A stretch of DNA of 51,103 bases, taken from positions 1-51,103 of the forward strand of contig QPMI01000694.1 of the NCBI GenBank assembly GCA_004431415.1, in the 5' to 3' direction. Below, piece after piece: positions 21,214 to 35,046 of the stretch. Position 1 is the stretch's first letter; each line of letters starts with the position of its first letter. The notes under the pieces are model-generated. The model was not told where the DNA came from and searched no databases. It saw only the letters and a program-made list of their open reading frames with translations. A program made the translations under genes and the position numbers. The stretch is from Cyanophora paradoxa CCMP329 (taxonomy: Eukaryota; Plantae; Glaucophyta).

Positions 21214-24200
21214 GTACGCGCGCGACTCCTCTGCCTTCGTCGTAGTGATGTAGTTCATGATGTTAGTGAAGCGCGTGCGGCCTTCGTACGGGTCGACAGG
21301 CGCGCCGTGGGGCCGTGACCAATGTAAATGTGGGGGATCTGACGAAGGAGGCTGTCGTTGTCCGGATCGCCCAGGGAGTGACGCAGGGGGAGGACGTCGA
21401 CGATCTGTACCGCCGGTAGGCTTCGCGGCTAGTGAACGTGATGGGCCGCCTCGTCGCCGCGTCGACGGTGGCGTGATTGTAAACGAATTGTTCCAACCAA
21501 CCGTGAGTAGCGCCCGCGCCTGCGGTTCGCGACTGAAGATGGCGGCGCCGAATTCATTGTAGAATGGATCGAATGTGAAGTTGCCATATTCGGCGTGACG
21601 GAATTGCTCGTGTATGTCGGCGTATCGCTGTTCGAAATCCATAATAGCGTTGCGCACTGCGCTCGCGTTGACGTCATAGACACTGGACGATGCGGTGTGA
21701 CGGATCGTTCGTGGGATCGAAGTCAGCGCCCCGGACTTGGGCGTTGAGTGCGTTGATGACTCCATCCGGGAGTCGGAATGCTACGGGCCAGCAGTGGTTT
21801 CGATCCATGTCGACATCTTCGCGAGCCGCCGGGGGTGTCTCGTGCTTGATCTGGACCGCCAACCAGTCGTTGGTTGCCTTGTGCAGTAGGGATTCGAAGG
21901 CTGTGATTAAATGTGCCGGGTCGACGCGTTCGCAGTCAGGGTACTCGACTCGTACCATTTGTCGAGTTTGGCACTGCGCGCCACTTCGCCTGAAGCCGTG
22001 AAGCGGAAGTGCAGCTCATCCTCGTGGCTACGAACGTAGTCGATGATGATGTTCCGAGTTCCCCGGTAGGGGCTCGAGGAAGAACGACAAGGCACCGTGC
22101 AGCTTGACTGCCGCCGCCAGGTACGCTGCGATTCCGTACACCCAAGTGTGTACCGAAAGCGGGAACCCCAGGACCTGGTGGACGACGGGGGGCGTTGCAG
22201 GCGCGGTGCCCGTGGGCCCGCGACGACGCAGAGACACGACGACGCCCCCAGGGCCAGTGTAGTCATTGACGACACCGGGAAGTACTTGGGGTCGGGGCGC
22301 ACGGGTGCGGCCCCGCCGCCTCGTTTGGGGGTTTCCTCGTGCCCGCGATGATCTGCTGCCAGGTGTTCCGGTTGTTCGCGTCGAAGATAGTGATGTGCGA
22401 GCGGTTCTGGATCGCGTTGGGGGCACCGCGGCTGGGTCCGGCGGTGCAACGTGCGTGAATCGGACGATTCGAGGGCCGCACAGGTCAGCATTGGCCGGCG
22501 TAAGAGTCATGGGCGGCGCGTTGAGGTCGTCGGGCATGGCAATCTCGTAGAAGCATCGTTCGACATCTTGACGTGAAGCGGAGTCACGGAGGTGCGCGTG
22601 GTTGTCCTCGTCGTAGATGCAGTCGAAGTAGTCGGCATACTTGTTGGCCGGGTGGAACTCGTCGGCGGCCGTGATCAGGAACGATCGGAAGGCAGGCCCG
22701 CGCGGTTGTGCTGGCTGAGTTCGCCATGGCCGGGAGCACCGGCGCGGTACGGGTAGGTGCCGGGGCCGACGCCGTAGCGTAGGACACGACTGAGTGCTCG
22801 CGAGAAGTTCGACCAGCGTACGTGCATCTTCATGAGGAATGGGCGCATGTACGGGACGCGCCGGAGAAATGCCTCGAGACCAGAGTCGCCGAGTAGCACG
22901 TATGGCATGTGGAACCTCACCTAGGACGTGCATGTACTTCTTTGTCGTGGTGGCGGATGAACTGGGGGTGGGTCCCGAGTCGGGATTCCCTCCAGCTCTT
23001 CGACCGGCGGCGGCTCCGGGAGCTCCTCCGGTCTGTGCCCGTCCTCCACAGTGAGCTCCTCGGTCAGATCAGCCGTCTGTCCGAACGGGCTGGGCCTCCG
23101 AGGATGTGAGCCGCGACGGCGAAGATGTGGGGCGCGTGTCGCCCATGTTCCTGATCGTTTTGCAGTACGCTGTGGCCAGGAAGTCCGTGTTCGTGAAGAG
23201 AAGCGGTGTCATGAAGATGTGATAGGAGGTATCCCGTCCCGGATCAGTATCCAGAGGTAGGAAGTCACCTCCAGCTCGCGTCTCCTCGGGCTGTATGTGC
23301 GCATGCCGTACGGGAGTGGGGGCGAGGATTGTGGAGACGGATTGGGTACCAGTCGTTGATCGTTTGGGCGAATAATTCCCGTTGATATGATTGTTGCGCC
23401 GTCCAAAACCCGCATAGAACGTGTCGCGCTCGTTCTCCGTCGAATCAGGTCGCGGTTCCCGTCGGACCATCACGCCGCTCAGATCCGGCCACACTCCGTG
23501 CTGGTAGCCAGCGCCGTCGACGACCGTGAAGCCTTCGCCCATTCCTCGTTGAGGAAGGCCCAGAAATAGACGTCAGGAATGTCAGCGTTCTCCGAGAGTA
23601 GCACCTCCTTGAAAGGAACAGTGTGGAGTTCGCTCAAAATTCTGGAGATGATGGAGTCGACCTCCTCGGGAGTGAGCCGGGCGGCCTTGCGCTCCTTCTT
23701 CTGCAACTTCTCGTCATTCGGTCGCTTCTCGCGGGGGCGCTTGCGCTCTGTTCCGTAGACCATAGCGCGGGCGCGAAGCCCCAAGTACGTGTTGGAGTTC
23801 CAGAAAGTGTCCTTGCTCATGTCGTCGACAAGTCCAACGAGGGAATCCCAGTCAGGAACGCGAGGCAAGATGTCGATGCCGTCCGACGTCCACTGTGTCA
23901 GGTATCCGTACTCGTCAACGTCGCGCTCAGGGGGCCGTGGGACCGGGACGGCGAGAGGGTCGGTGACGGGTACCATCGGACTGGGGAGGACAGGGAGTAG
24001 GTGATCGCGGTAGCGCGGGTAAAGCATGCAGTAGAACAGATTCAATCGATGCTCGGCGTCCAGGAGGAAGGCCCGTGTTACCGCCAAGCGCTGGTGGTCG
24101 TAGCCTTGCTAAGTGCAGTGTCGAGTCGAGCGACGAGGCCGAAAGCAAGCTTGCTCACAGTACGAGTGCTTGACTCCGTCTCGAGCTTGTACGCGCGACG

Positions 24201-26623
24201 CATGGCCTCGAGAGTCAGCTGGAGGATATGGGAGCGCCACGCAGTTTTGCACGCCAGGAGCGCGCCTCTTCAGGGTGCACCATTATGTAACGGTCAGAGT
24301 TGTAATAGAGCTCGACAGCTGGCTCGGGCTGCTTCGGGGTGAAGACGGGGGCGTGCAGTCGCGATTCGAGACGGATCGGTTTGCCCTTCTTGGCGAGTTG
24401 ACGCTTGTGCATGAACGTAGTGATTGACATCGCGACAACGGTGGTGTCATGTAGCTCGGCGAGCCTTGCCAGCGCAGTCGTCTCCGTGACAGACGTGGCG
24501 ACGACGTTCGTGAAATTTGAGGGGAGGACGCCGGAGCGGTGACGGGACAGTCCGTGCCGAAGACAGTGGTGTAGGTCGGACTCGCTGACGGGGGGCGTGC
24601 GCAGACGATGGACATCGCGTGCCGCGACCACTGCTAACTGGCTGTTCAGCCGGATCTCCTCCGCGAGCTCGGCGGTCGCCGCTGGTTCGTAGCCGGGTTC
24701 GCGTCGGATTTCGGGTTGAAACGGGACGTGTAGTAACGGCGCAGGAAGTTGCCGGGGCCCTCGACGTCGGCTGTGATGTTGACGAGGCGGAGTACGTTCT
24801 CGACTTGCTCGGTGAGCATTGACAGCAACGGCGCGTGACTCGTCGGCCATGGACGGTCGGAGCTCGGTGCTGGGTCACGAACGTCGTAGAGGTGAGCAAA
24901 TCGGCTATCCCGTAGCGGTCGCGCGTCTCGTCCCACTTGTAATGGTCGAAGTATGCAGCGATGTCCCACGCCCGCGCCAGGGCCGTCGAACGCATCGACA
25001 AGGCGATGTCGGGCGGCGGTGAACCGTGTCGAAGCGTAGACAGATAGATGTCGTCAGGTCCTGTGAGCGGGGCCGTGAACTTGACAGTTTGGACCAGTTG
25101 CCTGATTGTTGCAAGGCGCGTCGCCGTGTTCGTGATCTTGTCGAAGTTCAAGAACCGTTCATCGCTCTCCGTCATCTCCACGTCGTAGTGCAGCGTCCGG
25201 AGATTGCGGGCAAGGTTGACAGCCACCTGAAGGATGCACGGTACGACTGGAGTCTTGGACTGGTGTACAAGAGTGAACTCTGTCGGTGTCAAACCAAACA
25301 GCTCCAGCATCTCTGGCCGTCCGAGGACATCGCGAGCGGGTCGTTCGGGTGAGGCCACGTGGTCGCCGTCTCCCAGGCGCGAAGGGCTGAGCCCGCGCGA
25401 GGCGCATGATGACGTGGATGACGGAGCGGAATTCGGTCAGATGTTGAAGGAGGTAGTGAGCCTGGTCACTCGGGCGAGTACCCAGCAACGGTTGCCAGTA
25501 GGCGTGTTGCTGCGGGCAGCTGCGAGGTGCATGCAGCTCGTGAGCTCGCTGGCGGCGAAGAGGGTCGGCGTCTCAGGGTCTTGCGCCAATCCGTCGTCGT
25601 CGTTGTGACCATGAAGCGTCGCGGCGTGTCCAGGTACGCACGCAGCTGGTTGTGCACCACGGGCTTGAGGCGAAGGATCGTCCAGGCGTGGCGGTGTCCA
25701 AGGTCGGCGGCCACGTCCTTGATCTCGGGCTCCGAGTCGCTGGACGTGTCTTCGTCGGTGTCAGGAGGACTGTCACGGTCGTCGTGAGGGCTCGCAAGGT
25801 CGGCGTGTCGACGATGATCCCCCTCGAAACGCGCGGGTCGCCCATGGGCACGTCCTCGGTCCTCTCAGTGCCCGACGAGTCGGCAGTCGTCGAGTCAGGC
25901 ATCGACGCGTCGGTCGGTGCAGTGTAGTCGGGGTGAAGTGACGGGATCGGCAGCATCGGGGTTGGGCCGGGCTCTGCGGCGGGGCCGCCGTCACAGTCGT
26001 GGCCGGGGCTGGCGGGGCGTCGGACGGGGCCAGTAGCTCAGGCGCAGGCGACGGGGCCGTCGAGACCGCAGCCACGGCCGTGGGGGACGGGACGCTGTGC
26101 GGGGTCGTCAGCGAGGTCGCCATCGCCGGTGCGATGGGCGAAGCATCTCGAGCGGCCGTCGACGAGACCGGCGTCTCGAGAGCGGGCGTCGGGGCCACCG
26201 GAGTCGTCGTCACGGGTGCAACGGGCTGGGCGTCCGGAGTCGTCGTCGCGGGTGCAACGGGCTGGGCGTCCGGAGTGTCCGTCGACGAGGCCGTCACCTC
26301 GGGCGCAGGGGTAGGTCGTTCCGCGGGGCCGGGGCTCCGGGACGTCGGTCGGCGGTGTCACCGGTGCCGTTGGGCACGTCATGTCGTCATCGTGGTAGTG
26401 AGGGTTGCCCGGGGTCTGGGGCCGGCTGGTATGAATCGGGAGCGCGCGGCCGCGGCCCCTGACCGTTCCCCGTGCCTCGCCGATTGGCGCGGTGGAGCCT
26501 GTGCTGCCGCAGTACGGCGACGGGCGTCCATGGTGCGGCCACGAGCAATACCACCGATTGCAGCCTGCAAGTAGGGGGCTTGCGCCGCGGCCTGCACCGG
26601 GTCCTCTCCCTTGGCAGCTTCGG
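21214..26623 (-). pseudogene. Duplicated, deletion-riddled copy of the 3' part of outer-element ORF2
   Basis: Same peptides as 27363-32800, fragmented across frames. Confidence 0.8.
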
Positions 26624-27362
26624 CTCAGAATTTGATTCGGTCGCGCCCTGAGGCGAACGAAGGCCGGGGTACGGCCATTCCTTCGGCTGCCCTTCGGCAT
26701 AACTTCGTCCTTGGTTGCCAGCTTGACCAGGCACCCAGCGGCGAAGCGAAATCGCTCCCGCCCTCCTCCCCGCGTTTTCACAATCGGCTGTTTGTGGATG
26801 CGACGGCTCTATCCTTTTCCAACGCGCTACGAGTATCCGTAGAATACTCTGGCAATCTTGGTAGGGGTACAGCACTCGTGCGATGTTTTCACGCACAATC
26901 GCCACCCCGCGCCTCGGCGGCGGTACCCGGGACCGCTTACCGGCCCGGGTAGAATCGCGTACCCCGCGCCGGGGTACAGCATTCGCCCCGCCAGGCCCCG
27001 TCAGGCGTGGCTCGAGCTGAACGCGTACCCTGCTCAGGGGTACGCCAAAACCTCCGCCTCGGCCACGAGAATCCGGTACCCGCCGCACGGGTACGGGATT
27101 ACTCAGCCTTACCGCCGCTCCGGTCCGGAGCAGGGGTAAGCTTTCACCCGCCTCCGGAAGGAAGCGGCCGAAAGAGCATAAGGCGACCCGCCCTGGTCGG
27201 TCGCCGACGTGTTATCCCCACGTTAGGTCTCGGGAAAGCAGCATCCAGCTGCCGTACCTTCAGGGCCACTCCCGATGCGCTATACCGTGCATCCCTTTAG
27301 AATAGTCGTAGGCAAGTTAGGCTAGCTAGGCTTCTCTGATTCCGAATGAAGCGAGGCGTAAA
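26624..27362 (+). repeat. Partial A repeat + spacer + B repeat (duplicated 3' end of YR element copy 1)
   Basis: Matches 20486-21213, with the same junction gcgtaaa|gtacgcgc. Confidence 0.9.
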
Positions 27363-30300
27363 GTACGCGCGCGACTCCTCTGCCTTCGTCGTAGTGATGT
27401 AGTTCATGATGTTAGTGAAGCGCGTGCGGCCTTCGTACGGGTCGACAGGCGCGCCGTGGGGGCCGTGACCAATGTAAATGTGGGGGATCTGACGAAGGAG
27501 GCTGTCGTTGTCCGGATCGCCCAGGGAGTGACGCAGGGGGAGGACGTCGACGATCTGTACCGCCCGGTAGGCTTCGCGGCTAGTGAACGTGATGGGCCGC
27601 CTCGTCGCCGCGTCGACGGTGGCGTGATTGTAAACGAATTGTTCCAACCAACCGTGGAGTAGCGCCCGCGCCTGCGGTTCGCGACTGAAGATGGCGGCGC
27701 CGAATTCATTGTAGAATGGATCGAATGTGAAGTTGCCATATTCGGCGTGACGGAATTGCTCGTGTATGTCGGCGTATCGCTGTTCGAAATCCATAATAGC
27801 GTTGCGCACTGCGCTCGCGTTGACGTCATAGACACTGGGACGATGCGGGTGTGACGGATCGTTCGTGGGATCGAAGTCAGCGCCCCGGACTTGGGCGTTG
27901 AGTGCGTTGATGACTCCATCCGGGAGTCGGAATGCTACGGCCAGCAGTGGTTTCGATCCATGTCGACATCTTCGCGAGCCGCCGGGGGTGTCTCGTGCTT
28001 GATCTGGACCGCCAACCAGTCGTTGGTTGCCTTGTGCAGTAGGGATTCGAAGGCTGTGATTAAATGTGCCGGGTCGACGCGTTCGCAGTCAGGGTACTCG
28101 ACCTCGTACCATTTGTCGAGTTTGGCACTGCGCGCCACTTCGCCTGAAGCCGTGAAGCGGAAGTGCAGCTCATCCTCGTGGCTACGAACGTAGTCGATGA
28201 TGATGTTCCCGAGTTCCCCCGGTAGGGGCTCGAGGAAGAACGACAAGGCACCGTGCAGCTTGACTGCCGCCGCCAGGTACGCTGCGATTCCGTACACCCA
28301 AGTGTGTACCGAAAGCGGGAACCCCAGGACCTGGTGGACGACGGGGGGCGTTGCAGGCGCGGTGCCCGTGGGCCCGCGACGACGCAGAGACACGACGACG
28401 CCCCAGGGCCAGTGTAGTCATTGACGGACACCGGGAAGTACTTGGGGTCGGGGCCGCACGGGTGCGGCCCCGCCGCCTCGTTTGGGGGTTTCCTCGTGCC
28501 CGCGATGATCTGCTGCCAGGTGTTCCGGTTGTTCGCGTCGAAGATAGTGATGTGCGAGCGGTTCTGGATCGCGTTGGGGGCACCGCGGCTGGGTCCGGCC
28601 GGTGCAACGTGCGTGAATCGGACGATTCGAGGGCCGCACAGGTCAGCATTGGCCGGCGTAAGAGTCATGGGCGGCGCGTTGAGGTCGTCGGGCATGGCAA
28701 TCTCGTAGAAGCATCGTTCGACATCTTGACGTGAAGCGGAGTCACGGAGGTGCGCGTGGTTGTCCTCGTCGTAGATGCAGTCGAAGTAGTCGGCATACTT
28801 GTTGGCCGGGTGGAACTCGTCGGCGGCCGTGATCAGGAACGATCGGAAGGGCAGGCCCGCGCGGTTGTGCTGGCTGAGTTCGCCATGGCCGGGAGCACCG
28901 GCGCGGTACGGGTAGGTGCCGGGGCCGACGCCGTAGCGTAGGACACGACTGAGTGCTCGCGAGAAGTTCGACCAGCGTACGTGCATCTTCATGAGGAATG
29001 GGCGCATGTACGGGACGCGCCGGAGAAATGCCTCGAGACCAGAGTCGCCGAGTAGCACGTATGGCATGTGGACCTCACCTAGGACGTGCATGTACTTCTT
29101 TGTCGTGGTGGCGGGATGAACTGGGGGTGGGTCCCGAGTCGGGATTCCCTCCAGCTCTTCGACCGGCGGCGGCTCCGGGAGCTCCTCCGGTCTGTGCCCG
29201 TCCTCCACAGTGAGCTCCTCGGTCAGATCAGCCGTCTGTCCGAACGGGGCTGGGCCTCCGAGGATGTGAGCCGCGACGGCGAAGATGTGGGGCGCGTGTC
29301 GCCCATGTTCCTGGATCGTTTTGCAGTACGCTGTGGCCAGGAAGTCCGTGTTCGTGAAGAGAAGCGGTGTCATGAAGATGTGATAGGAGGTATCCCGTCC
29401 CGGATCAGTATCCAGAGGTAGGAAGTCACCTCCAGCTCGCGTCTCCTCGGGGCTGTATGTGCGCATGCCGTACGGGAGTGGGGGGCGAGGATTGTGGAGA
29501 CGGATTGGGTACCAGTCGTTGATCGTTTGGGCGAATAATTCCCCGTTGATATGATTGTTGCGCCGTCCAAAACCCGCATAGAACGTGTCGCGCTCGTTCT
29601 CCGTCGAATCAGGTCGCGGTTCCCGTCGGACCATCACGCCGCTCAGATCCGGCCACACTCCGTGCTGGTAGCCAGCGCCGTCGACGACCGTGAAGCCCTT
29701 CGCCCATTCCTCGTTGAGGAAGGCCCAGAAATAGACGTCAGGAATGTCAGCGTTCTCCGAGAGTAGCACCTCCTTGAAAGGAACAGTGTGGAGTTCGCTC
29801 AAAATTCTGGAGATGATGGAGTCGACCTCCTCGGGAGTGAGCCGGGCGGCCTTGCGCTCCTTCTTCTGCAACTTCTCGTCATTCGGTCGCTTCTCGCGGG
29901 GGCGCTTGCGCTCTGTTCCGTAGACCATAGCGCGGGCGCGAAGCCCCAAGTACGTGTTGGAGTTCCAGAAAGTGTCCTTGCTCATGTCGTCGACAAGTCC
30001 AACGAGGGAATCCCAGTCAGGAACGCGAGGCAAGATGTCGATGCCGTCCGACGTCCACTGTGTCAGGTATCCGTACTCGTCAACGTCGCGCTCAGGGGGC
30101 CGTGGGACCGGGACGGCGAGAGGGTCGGTGACGGGTACCATCGGACTGGGGAGGACAGGGAGTAGGTGATCGCGGTAGCGCGGGTAAAGCATGCAGTAGA
30201 ACAGATTCAATCGATGCTCGGCGTCCAGGAGGAAGGCCCGTGTTACCGCCAAGCGCTGGGTGGTCGTAGCCTTGCTAAGTGCAGTGTCGAGTCGAGCGAC

Positions 30301-33300
30301 GAGGCCGAAAGCAAGCTTGCTCACAGTACGAGTGCTTGACTCCGTCTCGAGCTTGTACGCGCGACGCATGGCCTCGAGAGTCAGCTGGAGGATATGGGAG
30401 CGCCACGCAGTTTTGCACGCCAGGAGCGCCGCCTCTTCAGGGTGCACCATTATGTAACGGTCAGAGTTGTAATAGAGCTCGACAGCTGGCTCGGGCTGCT
30501 TCGGGGTGAAGACGGGGGCGTGCAGTCGCGATTCGAGACGGATCGGTTTGCCCTTCTTGGCGAGTTGACGCTTGTGCATGAACGTAGTGATTGACATCGC
30601 GACAACGGTGGTGTCATGTAGCTCGGCGAGCCTTGCCAGCGCAGTCGTCTCCGTGACAGACGTGGCGACGACGTTCGTGAAATTTGAGGGGAGGACGCCG
30701 GAGCGGTGACGGGACAGTCCGTGCCGAAGACAGTGGTGTAGGTCGGACTCGCTGACGGGGGGCGTGCGCAGACGATGGACATCGCGTGCCGCGACCACTG
30801 CTAACTGGCTGTTCAGCCGGATCTCCTCCGCGAGCTCGGCGGTCGCCCGCTGGTTCGTAGCCGGGTTCGCGTCGGATTTCGGGTTGAAACGGGACGTGTA
30901 GTAACGGCGCAGGAAGTTGCCGGGGCCCTCGACGTCGGCTGTGATGTTGACGAGGCGGAGTACGTTCTCGACTTGCTCGGTGAGCATTGACAGCAACGGC
31001 GCGTGACTCGTCGGCCATGGACGGTCGGAGCTCGGTGCTGGGTCACGAACGTCGTAGAGGTGAGCAAATCGGCTATCCCCGTAGCGGTCGCGCGTCTCGT
31101 CCCACTTGTAATGGTCGAAGTATGCAGCGATGTCCCACGCCCGCGCCAGGGCCGTCGAACGCATCGACAAGGCGATGTCGGGCGGCGGTGAACCGTGTCG
31201 AAGCGTAGACAGATAGATGTCGTCAGGTCCTGTGAGCGGGGCCGTGAACTTGACAGTTTGGACCAGTTGCCTGATTGTTGCAAGGCGCGTCGCCGTGTTC
31301 GTGATCTTGTCGAAGTTCAAGAACCGTTCATCGCTCTCCGTCATCTCCACGTCGTAGTGCAGCGTCCGGAGATTGCGGGCAAGGTTGACAGCCACCTGAA
31401 GGATGCACGGTACGACTGGAGTCTTGGACTGGTGTACAAGAGTGAACTCTGTCGGTGTCAAACCAAACAGCTCCAGCATCTCTGGCCGTCCGAGGACATC
31501 GGCGAGCGGGTCGTTCGGGTGAGGCCACGTGGTCGCCGTCTCCCCAGGCGCGAAGGGCTGAGCCCGCGCGAGGCGCATGATGACGTGGATGACGGAGCGG
31601 AATTCGGTCAGATGTTGAAGGAGGTAGTGAGCCTGGTCACTCGGGCGAGTACCCAGCAACGGTTGCCCAGTAGGCGTGTTGCTGCGGGCAGCTGCGAGGT
31701 GCATGCAGCTCGTGAGCTCGCTGGCGGCGAAGAGGGTCGGCGTCTCAGGGGTCTTGCGCCAATCCGTCGTCGTCGTTGTGACCATGAAGCGTCGCGGCGT
31801 GTCCAGGTACGCACGCAGCTGGTTGTGCACCACGGGCTTGAGGCGAAGGATCGTCCAGGCGTGGCGGTGTCCAAGGTCGGCGGCCACGTCCTTGATCTCG
31901 GGCTCCGAGTCGCTGGACGTGTCTTCGTCGGTGTCAGGAGGACTGTCACGGTCGTCGTGAGGGCTCGGCAAGGTCGGCGTGTCGACGATGATCCCCCTCG
32001 AAACGCGCGGGTCGCCCATGGGCACGTCCTCGGTCCTCTCAGTGCCCGACGAGTCGGCAGTCGTCGAGTCAGGCATCGACGCGTCGGTCGGTGCAGTGTA
32101 GTCGGGGTGAAGTGACGGGATCGGCAGCATCGGGGTTGGGCCGGGCTCTGCGGCGGGGCCGCCGTCACAGTCGTGGCCGGGGCTGGCGGGGCGTCGGACG
32201 GGGCCAGTAGCTCAGGCGCAGGCGACGGGGCCGTCGAGACCGCAGCCACGGCCGTGGGGGACGGGACGCTGTGCGGGGTCGTCAGCGAGGTCGCCATCGC
32301 CGGTGCGATGGGCGAAGCATCTCGAGCGGCCGTCGACGAGACCGGCGTCTCGAGAGCGGGCGTCGGGGCCACCGGAGTCGTCGTCACGGGTGCAACGGGC
32401 TGGGCGTCCGGAGTCGTCGTCGCGGGTGCAACGGGCTGGGCGTCCGGAGTGTCCGTCGACGAGGCCGTCACCTCGGGCGCAGGGGGTAGGTCGTTCCGCG
32501 GGGCCGGGGGCTCCGGGACGTCGGTCGGCGGTGTCACCGGTGCCGTTGGGCACGTCATGTCGTCATCGTGGTAGTGAGGGTTGCCCGGGGTCTGGGGCCG
32601 GCTGGTATGAATCGGGAGCGCGCGGCCGCGGCCCCTGACCGTTCCCCCGTGCCTCGCCGATTGGCGCGGTGGAGCCTGTGCTGCCGCAGTACGGCGACGG
32701 GCGTCCATGGTGCGGCCACGAGCAATACCACCGATTGCAGCCTGCAAGTAGGGGGCTTGCGCCGCGGCCTGCACCGGGTCCTCTCCCTTGGCAGCTTCGG
32801 CGTCGAGGCGAGCCTGCAGTTCACGTGCGAGCTGTTCGTCGGCCAGCAGCTGCGCGTGCTTGTCGGGCGGAGTGGTCGGGGACGGCGTTCCAGGCGTGCG
32901 GCGACGAAGGATGTCTGTCAACACGTTGTGGACTTCGAGGTACCTCGCCGAAAACTGCGTCGGGTCCCGAAGTCGCGCGTTCTCGGCGGCGAGTCGCAAG
33001 TACTCCATGTCGACGTCGTTGGTTCGGAGAGTGAGATGCGGCTTAATCTTGTCCCGCTGTCGAGCCGGCCAGTCGTGTAGAACGGCAGCGACGTAAATCG
33101 ACGCCAACTTGCGGCTCACTCCCCCAGCTGCAGCGACCGTGGTCTCAGGCACCGGGTAGGGCGGAAGATCAGTTGGTGTCGGGCCGAGGCGCGTGTTCGG
33201 CTCATCGACGGGGTGCATTAACGCGTGAGCATGGTAGAACGCCGGTGCCGACAAGCAGGCGGGAAGCGACGCGTTCACAGTCGTTCGCGCGAGTCGGGAC

Positions 33301-35046
33301 GTGTCCTGCCCAGAGGTGTTGACAACTCCCGGGGCGAGAATGATTGGCCGAGTGCCTATCGGTCCAGTACTCGCGTCGCGAACGCCAGGCCGGAGGGTGC
33401 TGGCGCGGACGGTGAAGGGGCTGACGTCGACGTTAAGGAAGATGTCAGCGACCCGAGGCCAGTCGTCGTTCCCCGTCAAAGACGTCGTTCCCTGTGGGGT
33501 GATATCCATTAACAGACCGATAATCCGCAGGAAGAGCGTCTTCATTTCCATCGTCACTCCGTACAGAGCGTCGAGCGTGATGTCCGCCGGTGCATCGTCA
33601 GGTCGCAGAGTACTCGGGTACGGCGTGCGCTGGCGTGAGGTTGGCGACGGTACGGGGCAATTGCGGACGAACTCCATGTACGGCGGCGTTGTGCAGAGGC
33701 GGCAGTGCTCCTGAAGCTCGACGTTAGTCATTGTCACCGTGTTGCCCGTGGTCGAGTCGATGTACTCGTAGTAGCGGTGCGCAATGCTGATCACTGATGC
33801 ACGGAGCCGGTGGTTCACGATGACGGGTGGGCCATCGGGGCCGATGCTGCACGTGTGGCACGGTGCAGGCATGTCGACTGGCGACAGGAAGAGAAGAATT
33901 TGCTGTCCCCCAACACTGACCATGATCTTCTCGACCGTGCGAGAGGCGAAGACGCGGTCTCCACCCTCGCGCTCATACCTCCCCGCTGCCTGGTGGCGAC
34001 GAGCGATGAGCGTGATCGAGTCTTCCGCAATGTCCATCAGCATCTCGCGCAACTTCCGGTTGCGGTTGATGGGGTCATTGTCAGCCCTGTCCTCCGACGC
34101 CTTGGGCCGCAGTACGGCGGGCGCGGGTGGAGTGGGCGTGGTCGGCGGGACGATTGGCGTCTTGTCCTCAGGGGCGAGGCCCTCTGCCGTCGCGACAGAG
34201 CTGGGTCCGGCGACGGGGTCGGTCGGAGCGTTTGCCGCGACGAAACGAGCGTAGGCGTCAGCAGCCTTTGCCGAAGTCGCGTCAGGGCCTGAGGCGAACC
34301 GTAGCTCACCCTCGCGCTCGAGAATGTAGACGAGAAGTAGGATCGTAGACTCGACGTCGTAGCCACGGAGGTACGTGCGGAGTGTGCTCTCAACGTAATT
34401 GACAGCGGCCGTTCGTCGGTTGGGGCGCATGAATGTTGGGCTGCGGTTCTGCGCGTCGGTGAAGGACGTCTTGACACGGTTCAGGAGGGACTCGACGACA
34501 GCAGCTCCTGGGAGCGTCAGCGTTGTCGTAGGTGCAGGCGGCGCGTCGGTTGTGTCCATGGCGCCGTCGGTGAAAGTGAAGACACGACGGGCGCACAGAG
34601 CGTTGACGATTGCCTGAACCGTAGTGTCAACATCGAATGCCTCGAGCTCCTTACGCAGTACACTCGTGACGTGGTTGGCCGCAGCCTGCCGCGTGCGAGG
34701 CGGCGGGGCGCCCGTGTTCGTGATGGCCATCGCTGCCATTTCAACCAAGTGTAACAGCTGCTCGCCCTCAGCGCCCCGGTAGGGCCGGCGAAGCTGCTCG
34801 TTGGTGTTCGAGATGTTAGTGTTAATTGCCGCGATAGTCGTCGTCTCACGGGCGATTGCGATCCACGTGCGCAACGTTGTCACGTCATCCTCAGTGGCCG
34901 TGTCTGCAATGATGCGTGTGACGGCCGCATTCAGACGCTTGTGCTCACTGTGGCCTTTCGGGTTGATGAGCGGGCGGGCCGCCAGCAAGTGCCAATGCGG
35001 GTGGCTGTGGTGAGCGTGAGTGCCGTCAGCGCACGGGATGCCGGGG
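27363..35046 (-). CDS. Outer-element ORF2, main segment (~2,560 codons), unknown function
   Basis: Overlapping 1151-aa and 1356-aa ORFs plus 27935..28393 and 27297..27809 tile the interval with protein-like composition. Both ends are cut by YR-element termini. Confidence 0.75.

Larger units (their letters stand above)
20486..32800. repeat. ~6.1-kb direct tandem duplication (20486-26623 and 26624-32800)
   Basis: Junction gcagcttcgg|ctcagaatttg. The units are 6138 and 6177 bp and differ mainly by single-base deletions in the first. Confidence 0.9.

Noticed and set aside
28925-28975. Tpt1/KptA-like start (FSRALSRVLRYG)
   Set aside because: The catalytic RH is absent (RY) and there are no QGHS or HGT motifs.
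29030-29065. Aspartic protease-like LLGDSG
   Set aside because: Context does not fit the hydrophobic-D(S/T)GA pattern and no downstream ILG motif is evident.
34980-35030. HUH endonuclease motif (HSHPHWHLL) in ORF2
   Set aside because: No convincing downstream catalytic Tyr motif or helicase; a His-rich patch alone is insufficient.
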